Positions 12,961 to 24,140 of a stretch of 64,000 bases of DNA are shown here, in pieces; position 1 is the first letter of the stretch; every line of letters begins with the position of its first letter. The stretch is from contig BCKQ01000011.1 of assembly GCA_001600695.1 (NCBI GenBank), forward strand, positions 287,678 through 351,677. Reading direction: 5' to 3'. Under the pieces are notes generated by a model that made no database searches, had not been told where the DNA came from, and saw only the letters and a list, made by a program, of their open reading frames with translations. Made by a program: the position numbers and the translations under genes. The stretch is from Ascoidea asiatica JCM 7603. Its lineage: Eukaryota; Fungi; Ascomycota.

Positions 12961-13328
12961 TGTTTGTAGCTGATTCAATTGCCTATCTGAGATCACCTGC
13001 CACTAACTCTCAACCCAGGAGTAAAAGTAACCCGGTAATTATCACTTTTTAAGCCTTTTAATTTTTATTTAGACCTGAATACTGCTGTTATTCACTCACT
13101 CCGTACGGAATTTAACCACTTAAACTACTTAGCTACTATACGATTTTCATTATTACGAAATGTAACCACCTTATTTAACCGTTTAATTATTATATTATTA
13201 CATTACTACTACTATATATTAAATACATAATTTATTTTATTTACAAGTCACTTAATAACTTACCGAAGCATATTTTATATTTTTAATACTATTATACTAT
13301 TTTACTTTATTTATATACTCTAGATTTA

Positions 13329-15026
13329 TCATGAATTCTTAACTTCTTTAACTTCTTTAACTTCTTTAACTTCAATAATACTATCTGATTCAATATTTCC
13401 ATCTGATTTATAAATTTCAATAGATTTCTTCAGTACTTCTGTATCAACTTTTACTTTTACTTCTTCCTCTTTTGGTTCTCCATAATTTTCATCTTCTTCT
13501 GCTAAAATATCTTTAATATCCTTAATTTTCTTACTATTCTTAATAATTTTAATATTCTTAATATTATTTTCTTTATAATTATCATTATCATTATCATTAT
13601 CATTATCATTATCATTATCATTATTTTCAAATTTATTATAATTAATTCCACATATTTTTGTAATAGATTTTGGATATGATGAATTACTTAACCAAATTTT
13701 ATAAATTCTTTCAAGAACTTCATTTTCATTAATATTTATTATACCAAAAATTTCATTATTACTTATATTCATTTTACCATTATTTTCTTTTTTAATTAAA
13801 TTTTTTTTAAAATTAACAAATTCTAATTCATTTTCATACATATTATAATATCCATCATAATTTTCAGGTTCTAAAATTCTTAAAATTTCTTCACCTGTTA
13901 ATAATTTAAATTCTTTTTTTGTATATCTTGAAATTTTTTCTGAATTAAAAATATCTGGATAATTTGAACAATATTTATTAACTCTTAATTCTGGATCACA
14001 TAATTTTAATAATACAAGTAATGTAAAATATGCATCATTTGCTCCATTATGTAAATAAATTCCTGGTATACCTAATTTTTGTAAAATAAATGTTAAATTA
14101 CTTTTTTTTAATTTTTTACCAATTACTGTTAATTTCCAAATTTCATATGTATCTAAAATTGGTATATTACTTGGTGTTGAAATATTTAATGTATTTATTA
14201 AAAATGTTCTATCTGCTTTATAATTATGTCCAACAATTGCTAAATTTTCTTCTCCATAATATTTTAAAATTGAATAATAAATTTCTTTAAATTCTTTACT
14301 TGTTATACAAAATGATAATCCATTAAGAAATCGAAATTTATTATTTGGTACCCATTTAAAATTTAATCTTTCAATATTTTCTTTAATTATAAAATGTAAA
14401 TTTATAAAATTTGGACATATTGAATTTTTTTGATTTCTTGGATCATAAATTGAAATTCCAATTTCCAATGGTTTTTTTAAATTTGATTCATGAACTTCTA
14501 AATCAATTGAAATTAATATTGTTTTTTTATCATTTGCAATTTTTATATGTTTTTTTAAATCATCATAATTTTTTCTATTAAATAATTCTTTTTTTTTTAT
14601 ACTAAAATTTAAATTTGTTAATCTATATAAAAATTTCCATCTTAAATCAATTAATCTTAAACATTGTACCATTGGATCATTTTCTCCTTTTGGATGTGTT
14701 AATTTATTAATTTCTTTTTGATTAAAAATTATTGAATTTTCTTCATGTATTTTTAATTCTTCAATTTTTTTTCTTAAAATTTCTTTATCATTTTTATCAT
14801 AATTTAAACTTTTTTGAAATTTATTTTTATTTTCTTCAAAATTAAATTCTTCACTAAATACTTCAATTGAATCTCTTTTTCTTATAACATATTTTAAATT
14901 TGGTCTTGATGATGTACCATTTAATTTTGTAATATTATTTAAAATATGAAATTTTCTAAAATTTCTAAAATTTCTAAAATTTCTTAAATTTCTTCTACTA
15001 TATGACTTGATTGAAGAAACATTCAT
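13329..15026 (-). CDS. Gfd2/YDR514C-family DEDDh (RNase H-fold) exonuclease-like protein
   Basis: ISIDLEVHE..PLEIGISIYDPR, AIVGHNYKAD, ILDT, LHNGANDAYFTL motifs. First ATG is at 15026 (the ORF track starts at a TTG at 15032). Confidence 0.82.
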   Translation of the reverse strand: MNVSSIKSYSRRNLRNFRNFRNFRKFHILNNITKLNGTSSRPNLKYVIRKRDSIEVFSEEFNFEENKNKFQKSLNYDKNDKEILRKKIEELKIHEENSIIFNQKEINKLTHPKGENDPMVQCLRLIDLRWKFLYRLTNLNFSIKKKELFNRKNYDDLKKHIKIANDKKTILISIDLEVHESNLKKPLEIGISIYDPRNQKNSICPNFINLHFIIKENIERLNFKWVPNNKFRFLNGLSFCITSKEFKEIYYSILKYYGEENLAIVGHNYKADRTFLINTLNISTPSNIPILDTYEIWKLTVIGKKLKKSNLTFILQKLGIPGIYLHNGANDAYFTLLVLLKLCDPELRVNKYCSNYPDIFNSEKISRYTKKEFKLLTGEEILRILEPENYDGYYNMYENELEFVNFKKNLIKKENNGKMNISNNEIFGIININENEVLERIYKIWLSNSSYPKSITKICGINYNKFENNDNDNDNDNDNDNDNYKENNIKNIKIIKNSKKIKDIKDILAEEDENYGEPKEEEVKVKVDTEVLKKSIEIYKSDGNIESDSIIEVKEVKEVKEVKNS

Positions 15027-15171
15027 ATTCAAATCAATTATATTCTTCTTCTTTACTAATTATAGTTATTTTTTATTAATATTCTTAGTATCTTAATAAC
15101 TTTTATATATATTTCTTGAATTAAAACACTTCAATTTATTTCAATACTTATTTCAATACTTCTTCAATCAT

Positions 15172-15210
<39 letters not shown>

Positions 15211-15482
15211 TTCACTTATGAAAAACTGAAAAAAAAGTAAAAATAAAACATTGGATCATGTCACGTGGTACACTTACCTTAAAACTGGCTTCAAAATAAA
15301 ATATAAATAAAAAATAATTTTTTTACGCGTTTAAAACTTTTTAAGAAAGTAAACAAAGAATAAATAAAAAAGAATCAATTAGATATTATATTATATTGGA
15401 GATATTATATTATATTGGAGATATTAGATTAGAGATAGTAGATTAGAGATCAGTATCAAAAGAAAAAAGTTGATTAGAGTTA

Positions 15483-16500
15483 TTATGAATCATTGATATA
15501 AATAACTTCACCATGAATCATTCCAAATAAAGATTGTTCATTTTCAATCCATCTTAACCAAGATTCAGAAATATATTTTAAATAATTTTCATCAATATTT
15601 AATTCTGAATTAAATTTATTAACTTTATTCTTATATTCTTCACTTATTGTTCTTTCTGACCAAGTTTCTGCAAGCCATTTAATATCTTCTTTATTATTAT
15701 AAAACCAAGTACCTAAAGTAAATTTAAAATTTTTTAAATTATTTAAATTTTCAAATTTTGCTTTTTTTAACCAATTTTTTAAAAAAATTCCTGCATCTGG
15801 TTCAAATCCAGATAATTTATTAATTTTATAATAAAGTTCAACCCATTCTTTAAAAGGTTTAAAATCTTTTGGTAACCAAAAAAATTGATTATAAATTGCT
15901 TCTCTTAATGAAATTATACCACCATTATTTAAACTTAATTTTTTAATATTTTTTAAAGCTTTAATTGGATTTTTTAAATGTTGTAAAACTTGATGAAGAT
16001 GAATAATATCAAATTTTAAATGATTATTATTATTATTATTATCTCCATTTAATTCTTTTGATGATAAATTTTCAATATCATCTCTAATTATTTCAATATT
16101 TTTAAAATCAATATTCCATAATTTAAAATTATCTTTTAATTTATTTAAAACTTTTTCATTTATATCACAACAATAAAATTTAAATTTTATTTTCTTAGAA
16201 ATTAAATATTCAATCATATGACGACTTATATATCCAGGTCCACATCCAAAATCTATAAAATAAAAAGTAAAAATGAAGTTAATTTATGAAGTTATTTACA
16301 ATCTTGAAATACATTTTCAACTTACCTAAAATTTTTAAATAATTATCTCCAGATTCTCCAAAATTTTTTGTATAAAATTCTAAATTTTTATTTATATGAG
16401 CTAATAAATGTGGTGCTGCATTTTCAAATGTTCTCCATGAATATGCTCTATAAACAGCTTTATTAAATCCATGAACATATTCATCTACTTTTTTTTCCAT
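15483..16500 (-). CDS. Class I SAM-dependent methyltransferase (UbiE-like), two exons: 16500-16326 and 16252-15483
   Basis: Intron 16325-16253 (GTAAGT...TAG) joins KIL-G|AT to give motif I KILDFGCGPGYIS. Also FDIIHLHQVLQHL..P..AL, GGIISLRE and C-terminal MIHGEVI. Merges two ORF-track entries. Confidence 0.88.
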
Positions 16501-16551
16501 TTTCAAATATAATATTAATATTAATAATAATAATAATAATAATAATGATAA

Positions 16552-16582
<31 letters not shown>

Positions 16583-16890
16583 AATAATAATAAATTAATT
16601 CAATTGAAATTATAAAGAATATCTTTAGTTATTTATACAAAATGTGTATGAGATTTATTTCATTTTATACCCCAGAATTATGCTTTAAAACTGACCGAAA
16701 CAGGCTTCAACCTCCGATTTCGCTATCTATTAAAAAAAATAATACTTAAATATAAAACTCAATTGAATTAATTGTTAAATGAGAATATTGAAGTATTTAT
16801 TGCTCAAATTAATGAAAAAAAAAATTACGAACAAAAAGGTAATTATAAAGAAAAGAAAAGAAAAGAAAAGATTAATAAAAAAAAAAAGAA

Positions 16891-17973
16891 TCAATGATTT
16901 TTAATAAGAATTCTTTGAGTATATTCAGCAAAATTTTCATTTTTATTAATTTTAACATCAAGATTTGGTTGAATAAAAACTGCCATTGTATTTCTTGAAA
17001 TTCCAATTGAATTTTTTGATGATTTAACATAATGTTTTACAGCTTTAAATTTATTTTTTGAAATTTCTTGTAATGCAGATCCAATTTGAAAAATTATTGA
17101 ATCTTTTGGTATATTAATTTTTATATCTTTATTATTATTTATATTTAAATCTTTAATATATAAACCTGAATTATTATCTGGATTTTTAATTTCTTTAAGA
17201 TTATTAATTTTAATATAATTTTGTAAATTAGATTCATCTAAAAACATTGCTGATGTTAAACCAGTTAAACAAGAATGATCAAAATGAGAACCACACCAAT
17301 AATCTTCATCTTTAATATCATTTAAATTATTTATTGGATAATAATGAAGTAATCTTGCTTTTGTTGTAGTTGATTCTTTTATAATATTTTGTAAAAGTTT
17401 TTTTTGATAATCATTAAAATTTTTATTCATATATTCATCTAAATATTTTGATAATTTAAGACCAATATTAATTATAAAATTAATAAATTCTTTACAATCA
17501 TTTTCAAAATTTTTTAATTCTTTTAAATTTTTTTCATATTTTTCTTTATTTAAAATACTTAAATTATTTAACCAATTATTTTTAGTTGTATAAGCTTTAA
17601 AATTCAGAAAATTTTTAATATCATTTTCATTTGGACCTTCTAAAATTTTATTTTTAAAAAATGAACAATTAATATAATATGAACCTTTTAAATTATCATA
17701 ATGATTATTATCTAATTTTTCTTTACCTTTTGACCAACCAACAAGATAAAAAGATTCTTTAATTTCTAAAGAATTTAAAATTTCTTCAGGTAAATTTGAT
17801 AAAATTGTTATAGATTTTAAAACTTTTTCTCTTAATTTTAAATAATCATTACCTAAATTATTTATCATAATTAAACCAAGAGAATTATTACCAAATGATT
17901 GTTCAAGAATTAAATCATTTAATTTATTATTTTCTAGATCTTGTAATGAAATACTTCTTGGTTCTAAATTCAT
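16891..17973 (-). CDS. 2-oxoglutarate/Fe(II)-dependent oxygenase (IPNS/clavaminate synthase-like)
   Basis: GWSKGKEKL, ARLLHYYP, HxD (HFD), distal His (AVKHYV) and the 2OG-binding Arg (SRNTMAVF). Confidence 0.88.
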   Translation of the reverse strand: MNLEPRSISLQDLENNKLNDLILEQSFGNNSLGLIMINNLGNDYLKLREKVLKSITILSNLPEEILNSLEIKESFYLVGWSKGKEKLDNNHYDNLKGSYYINCSFFKNKILEGPNENDIKNFLNFKAYTTKNNWLNNLSILNKEKYEKNLKELKNFENDCKEFINFIINIGLKLSKYLDEYMNKNFNDYQKKLLQNIIKESTTTKARLLHYYPINNLNDIKDEDYWCGSHFDHSCLTGLTSAMFLDESNLQNYIKINNLKEIKNPDNNSGLYIKDLNINNNKDIKINIPKDSIIFQIGSALQEISKNKFKAVKHYVKSSKNSIGISRNTMAVFIQPNLDVKINKNENFAEYTQRILIKNH

Positions 17974-18111
17974 ATTTTTCTTGTATTGTTTATTTTTATT
18001 GTATTGATTATTATTGATTGAGTATATGTTTTACTGATGGTATTTGATTATCTATTATTCATTATCATTTCTATATTAGTTTTGTATATAATTGTTATAT
18101 TATATTTAAAT

Positions 18112-18981
18112 TTAATTATTTTCTGCTAAATCTTGTACGAGCCAATGTAAAGCTAAGGGATGAAAACTCTTTACCGGGTTAACAGTAATGATTAAATTTT
18201 CATCAGTATTATTTTTATTATTTTTATTATTTTTATTAATTTTATTAATTTTATTATTTTCTTCAAAAATTATTTCATTTTCAATATTTTCACCATCTAA
18301 ATCAACTTTATTACTAAATTTAATATTATTATTAACATTAATATTTTCAATTACTTCTGAATTATTTATATGAATAATATTTGTAGGCCAAGAAGATAAA
18401 CCATCAAAGATATGAGTGGCATAAACAATTGAACATTTTCTTGAAATTGATTCATTTTTTAAAAATGCTAATAATCTACTACGTACTAAAACATCAAGAT
18501 CAACAGTAACTTCATCTAATAATAATACATTCCATGGTTTTAATAAACCCATAACTAATTGTACTCTTCTTCTTTGTCCATCACTAATTTTATTCATACT
18601 CCAATTTAAATTAATATCTAAAATTTTAATTAATTGATTTTTTTTTATTGGAAATTTATCACCACCAATTGAAGAAATTAAAATTGAAACTTGAATATCT
18701 CTTTTAATAATTGGATTTGAGATCCATTCAGTACCTAAATAAGTTGTAATTCCTTGAGCATCAGAACCTGCACGAAATGGATCATGATTACTAATTCTTA
18801 TTGAACCTGATTTTGCTAAAGTTTTACCAGCTAATAATTTTAATAAAGTTGATTTACCAGCACCATTTGGACCAATTAATAAAGTTCTTGAATTCCAAGG
18901 TAATTTAAAAGTCATATTAATTAAACCAAAAGTACCATTTGGATAAATATATGTTAAATTATTTGTTTCAATTGCATTCAT
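18112..18981 (-). CDS. CAF16: CCR4-associated factor 16, soluble ABC ATPase
   Basis: Walker A GPNGAGKST, TTYLGTEW, SDGQRRRVQL signature, Walker B LLLDEVTVDLDV, YATHIFDGL. Confidence 0.93.
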   Translation of the reverse strand: MNAIETNNLTYIYPNGTFGLINMTFKLPWNSRTLLIGPNGAGKSTLLKLLAGKTLAKSGSIRISNHDPFRAGSDAQGITTYLGTEWISNPIIKRDIQVSILISSIGGDKFPIKKNQLIKILDINLNWSMNKISDGQRRRVQLVMGLLKPWNVLLLDEVTVDLDVLVRSRLLAFLKNESISRKCSIVYATHIFDGLSSWPTNIIHINNSEVIENINVNNNIKFSNKVDLDGENIENEIIFEENNKINKINKNNKNNKNNTDENLIITVNPVKSFHPLALHWLVQDLAENN

Positions 18982-19240
18982 TTTTTTGTTGTAATATTGA
19001 TTTTCAATTTATTTTGAATATTCTTTTTGAATATAAGTTTATATCAATTAATGATTGATTGATTGATTGATTGAATTGAATAAAATAAGTATAATTACAT
19101 TTTTCATAAACAATAAACAAAGAGCGGAAAAGTTGAATATAAAGAAGGTGATTTACGGTAGTTTATTATTTATTTATTCATTTCGTACATTTTATATCTT
19201 TTATTATATCATAATATATATTTCATTATAATATATATAT

Positions 19241-19288
19241 ATATAAGTTTATATATAAGTTTATATATAAGTTTATATATAAGTTTAT
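19241..19288. repeat. 12-bp tandem repeat ATATAAGTTTAT x4, directly 3' of CIN4
   Basis: Read directly. Confidence 0.85.
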
Positions 19289-19299
19289 ATAGGTAATGA

Positions 19300-19902
19300 T
19301 TAAAAGTTATAGAGTCTTTCTTCAATTTCATTGACAACCCATTCAATACCAGATTGTAAATTTTGACCAGAATATGCAGAACATGGTAATAATTTCCAAT
19401 TATGATTTTTAATTTGATTTAATTGTAAAGTATCTTCAATTAATTTACAAATTTCTTTAATTTTTTTATTATTTTCATTTTCATTTTCATCATTTGATAA
19501 ATCATTATTTAATAAAATATCAATTTTATTTATAAATATTAATAAATTTGAACCAATTAATTTATCTTCTTTTAAAATTTTTTTAAATTCTATAAAATTT
19601 TCATTTAATCTCTCAATTGATAAAATATCAATAACCCAAATTAAAGAATCAGTTTTTTCAAAATAATTAAACCAAAATGGTCTTAAAGTTGATTGACCAC
19701 CAACATCCCAAATATTTAAAGAATAATTTTTAAAAATTAAAGTATCAATTTGAAAACCCATAGTTGGAGAAATTTTAAAAATATCTTTATTTAATAATTT
19801 TTTAACAATTGTTGTTTTACCAGAATTATCTAAACCTAACATAAGAATTCTAATTTCTTTATCTTTAAGTTTTTGTTTTCTTATTATTGAAAGTAATCCC
19901 AT
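19300..19902 (-). CDS. CIN4: ARF-like GTPase Arl2/Cin4
   Basis: MGLLSIIRKQKLKDKEIRILMLGLDNSGKTT, WDVGGQ, NKID, CSA motifs of Arl2. Confidence 0.93.
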   Translation of the reverse strand: MGLLSIIRKQKLKDKEIRILMLGLDNSGKTTIVKKLLNKDIFKISPTMGFQIDTLIFKNYSLNIWDVGGQSTLRPFWFNYFEKTDSLIWVIDILSIERLNENFIEFKKILKEDKLIGSNLLIFINKIDILLNNDLSNDENENENNKKIKEICKLIEDTLQLNQIKNHNWKLLPCSAYSGQNLQSGIEWVVNEIEERLYNF

Positions 19903-20571
19903 TTTTATTTATTTATTTATTTATTTATTTATAAATTTAAAAGATTATGATTATGATTATGAATTGAGTTTTTGAATTATGAAAATCATAGGATATATTG
20001 AATAATGTAATTGAATAATGTAATTGATAATGATAATTATTTACAATGAAAATAATAAAAATGAATTCAATTCAATTAAGAACTGAATAAGAAACTAAAT
20101 CAAATTAAATCAAATTAAATTAAATTAAATTAAATTAAATTAAATTAAATCAAAATTCTATCAGAATTAAATCAAAAGTGAATCAAAATATTGATTTTAT
20201 TTGTTTAGGAAGGTGGAAAGAAAGAAAAAAAAGCGATGGGAATGTGGCGGTGGAGGAGAGAGGATAGAATAGGAAATACTAGCCATGGAAGGCGCAGCAC
20301 AACCAAACAAAAAAAAATAACACCCGCAGAACTGGCGACGTTTGCAAAAACAATGATCTGTGGTCATTTCTTGAGTCAAAGCCCCAGGCTGGAGACAAGC
20401 GCCGAAGAAGAAGAAGAAGAAGAAGAAGAAGAAGAAGCTAAGGCAGTGGCAGTGGTTACAATAAATTCAATATATATTCAGTGTTTTCTTGTAGTTATCT
20501 TCTTTTGTGTTACTGATATTCAATTCAATTCTATTGGAACTAATCATATCTGTATAATATCCAACTTCAAA

Positions 20572-20671
20572 ATGTCTAATAACGATTATTATGGCTCTTC
20601 TACAGGCCAATCTAACAACTACTATCCAGATAATAAAGTACAAAATCAATACCCAAATCAATATCCTAACC

Positions 20672-20707
<36 letters not shown>

Positions 20708-21117
20708 ATCCTGATCAAAATCAAGTTCAAGGACAGGGACAAGTCCAAGGTCAAGATGGTGATAGAGGACTTTTATCAACTTTAGGTGGTGCTGCATTTG
20801 GTGGGTTTGCAGGTAAAAAATTTGGTGGAAATCATGGTCATGGATTTCTTGGTAGTGTTGCTGGTGCAATTGGTGGTGCTATCACTGCTAATAAACTTGA
20901 AGATGTTTGGAAACATAGAAGAAGAGATGTCAATGGTAGAGAAATAATTGATGATAATAATGATCAAAATTATAATCAAAATTATAATCAAAATTATAAT
21001 CAAAATCAAAATCAAAATTATAATCAAAATTATGGTCCTCCTGGTGGTGGTGCTCCTGGTTATTCTAATGAATATTATCAAAATGGACCTTCTTCTTATG
21101 CTCCTCCAAGATACTAA
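20572..21117 (+). CDS. Q/N/Y-rich protein with a glycine-zipper domain
   Basis: Likely ATG at 20572 (AAAATG context; codon usage typical from there). DRGLLSTLGGAAFGGFAG...GSVAGAIGGAITAN glycine zipper, flanked by polyQ and (NQNY)n. Confidence 0.75.
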
Positions 21118-21582
21118 TCATTCCTTCCTCTACCTCTATATATTACTTTCTTTCTTTATTACCATCCTTATTAACATCCTTATTATCTACTACTGCTCAT
21201 ACCATTCTCTATCACATTACATAACTCATTTTTATCATCTCTTTTATAAACGCTTATACATTCAATCTTCATTTTCTTCTTCATTTTCAATTTCTCTTCG
21301 AGTAAATTCAAACAAAGACCAACAATTTGCAAATCCGTAGAAGAAATACTCATTTCCGGGCTTATTCCGTTCTCACATCCGGTATCTCCCTTTAAAATAT
21401 CTTAAAACTAGCTTTAAATCATAATCATTATCAAAATATCCAAAGATTTATAACTATTAAAATAAACCTTTGATAATCATTGTTTTTTGAATAATATTTA
21501 CATATCACTTTTATAAAAGGATTCATCATATATTACTTCATCCAACTAGTGTCTTCAATTGTTTATTTATTTATATTCAAAA

Positions 21583-24056
21583 ATGTTAAGAATTAATAAA
21601 TATTCAAAAACAAAGTTCTTATTAAGATCTAAAATAACTCCAATTATATTCAATTCATCATTATTTTATTCAAATCCAATTACATTAAGATATTTATCTA
21701 TTAATTCAAATTCTTTAGAATTAAAAGATTTAGAATCTGGTGAATCTGAAGATACTGAAAAAACTGGTGTAATTAAAAAATTAAATCATGAAACTGTTTT
21801 ATTTTTTGATCATGTTTATCCTTTTTATAAATCAAAATATTTTTTTAATTTTTCTCCACCTCCATCACCAAATAAAATTTTAAAAATGATTAAAAGTGGT
21901 TCAATTAATAATAATAATAATAATAATAATAAAGATAATGATAAATTAAATGATAATTCATTGGATTTAAAAATTACTTCTTTTATACCAATGAAAAGAG
22001 ATAGTGGAGTTTTTGTAAAATTTAATGTACCAAATGAAATTTCAATACCTGAATTTAATTCAAAAATTCAAAATTATGTTAAAAATTTTCATAAAAATTC
22101 TTATTTACCAAAACCATATTGTTATCCAGTTAAAGGTTCTCCATGGATTGAAGATTTAAATCATAGATCTCCATCAAAAATTCTTAAAATTACTTATGAT
22201 GGTGAATTTTTATCTGAAGAACAATTATATCATTTATTTAGAAGATATGGTAAAATTAATAATATTATAATGAATATAAATGAAAAATATTCTTTAATAA
22301 TTTATAATTCTTTAAGACCTTCAATTTGTGCAAAAAATTGTTTAACAGGTTTAGAAATTAATAATTTAACAAAAATTCATATAAAATATGAAAAATCAAG
22401 AAATTTAATCTCATTTTTAATTCAATCAATTAATAATCATACAAAAATTTCAATACCTTTAATTTTAATAATTTTAACTTTAACAATAACTGCAATTTTT
22501 GATCCAATTAGAGAATTTTTAATTGAACAAAAAATTAAAAATAAATTAATTTTTATTCAAGATTCATTTATTTTAAAATTTTTTATAAATTTAACTCAAA
22601 ATACTATAAATTCATTACAAAAAATTATTCATATAAATAAACAAAATAATAATGAATATAAATCTTTATGGTCTGAAAGATTAGATAAAGTTAAAGAATT
22701 ACAATCTTGGATTACTGAAAATGTTAATACTTTTATAATTATTAAAGGTCCAAGAGGTAGTGGTAAATATGAATTAGTTATGCAACATGCTTTAAAAAAT
22801 AGAAATAATATTTTATATATAGATTGTGATAAATTATTAAAATCAAAAAATAATAAAGAATTAATTACAAATATTTCTCATCAAATTGGTTATTTTCCAG
22901 TTTTTCCATGGATGAATAATTTTTCAAAAATGATTGATTTAGTTATTCAAGGTTTAAGTGGACAAAAATCAAGTTTTTCAGAATCTATTGAAAATCAATT
23001 TAGAAATATTTTAAATACTTCAATTTTATCAATTAGAAAAGTTGCTTTAAATAATTTAAAAAATTTTAAAAAAGAAAAAATAGATTTAAAAGAAGATGAT
23101 TATTTAAATCAATATCCTGATGAAAAACCAGTAATAATTATTGATAGATTTTTAAGTAAAGATCCTTCAAATAAAAATTCATTTATACTTAAAGAAATTG
23201 CAGATTGGACAGCATCATTAATTTCAATGAATACAGCTCATGTAATATTTATGACAGATGATGTTAGTAGTGTTGAAATTTTATCATCATCAGCAAATAA
23301 AGTTTTTAAAGTTTTAACATTAGAAGATGCATCAATGGAATCATCAAGAGAATATGTTTTAAATGAATTACTGAATAAAGAAACAAATTCAAAATTATTA
23401 ATTGATAAAAATATTTGGAATGAAAAAATTAGTTCAATACCAAGATATAAAATAATTGAATTAGATACAGCATTAAAACCATTAGGTGGACGTATGTTAG
23501 ATTTACAAGCATTTGCAAGAAGAATAAAATCAGGAGAAAATCCAATTGAAGCTTTAGAAGGTATGACAAAACAAGCAGAAGAACAAGTTACATTTATTTT
23601 AAGAAATAAAGAAAAAAATCCAGCAGCAGCATGGATTTTAATAAAATTTCTTTCAGAAAATAGTTTATTATATACAAAATTAAATTTATTAACACCATTT
23701 AAAAAAGATTCAATAAAAACTTTAACAGAATTTGAAAGATTAGGATTAATAAGTTTAATTAAAAAAAAGGGAGTGATTGAAGAAATAAAAGTTGGTAAAC
23801 CATTAAATAAATTAGCATTTAAAAATATTTTAAATGATTTAATTTTATTTAAAACTTTTGAAATTAATTATCTTAATGAAATAATTTTATTAGAAAATAA
23901 AAAAATTAAAAATTGGGAAGAAGAAATTAAAAATTTAAGTTATGTTGCAAATCAAAAAGAATTTAAAATTCGTATAAATTATTTATCAAATAAAATGTCA
24001 ATAAGTACAAAAATTATTGAAGATTCTGAAAAATCTATAAAGTCATTAGTTAATTG

Positions 24057-24057
<1 letters not shown>
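21583..24057 (+). CDS. YME2: Mitochondrial escape protein 2 (RNA12/Yme2)
   Basis: VKGSPWIEDL, RRM (LYHLFRRYGKI), TM helix then IFDPIREF, P-loop-like GPRGSGK, QIGYFPVFPW, LGGRMLDLQAFARR. ATG at 21583 (ORF track starts at TTG). Confidence 0.93.
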
Positions 24058-24092
<35 letters not shown>

Positions 24093-24140
24093 TCTTTTAT
24101 GTAAATAGTTTAGTTAATATAAAAAAAAGGAAAGAAAATT

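Noticed and set aside
20236-20571. 112-codon N-terminal extension of the glycine-zipper ORF
   Set aside because: It runs through a GC promoter island and a (GAA)n microsatellite with atypical codon usage. The ATG at 20572 has a better context.
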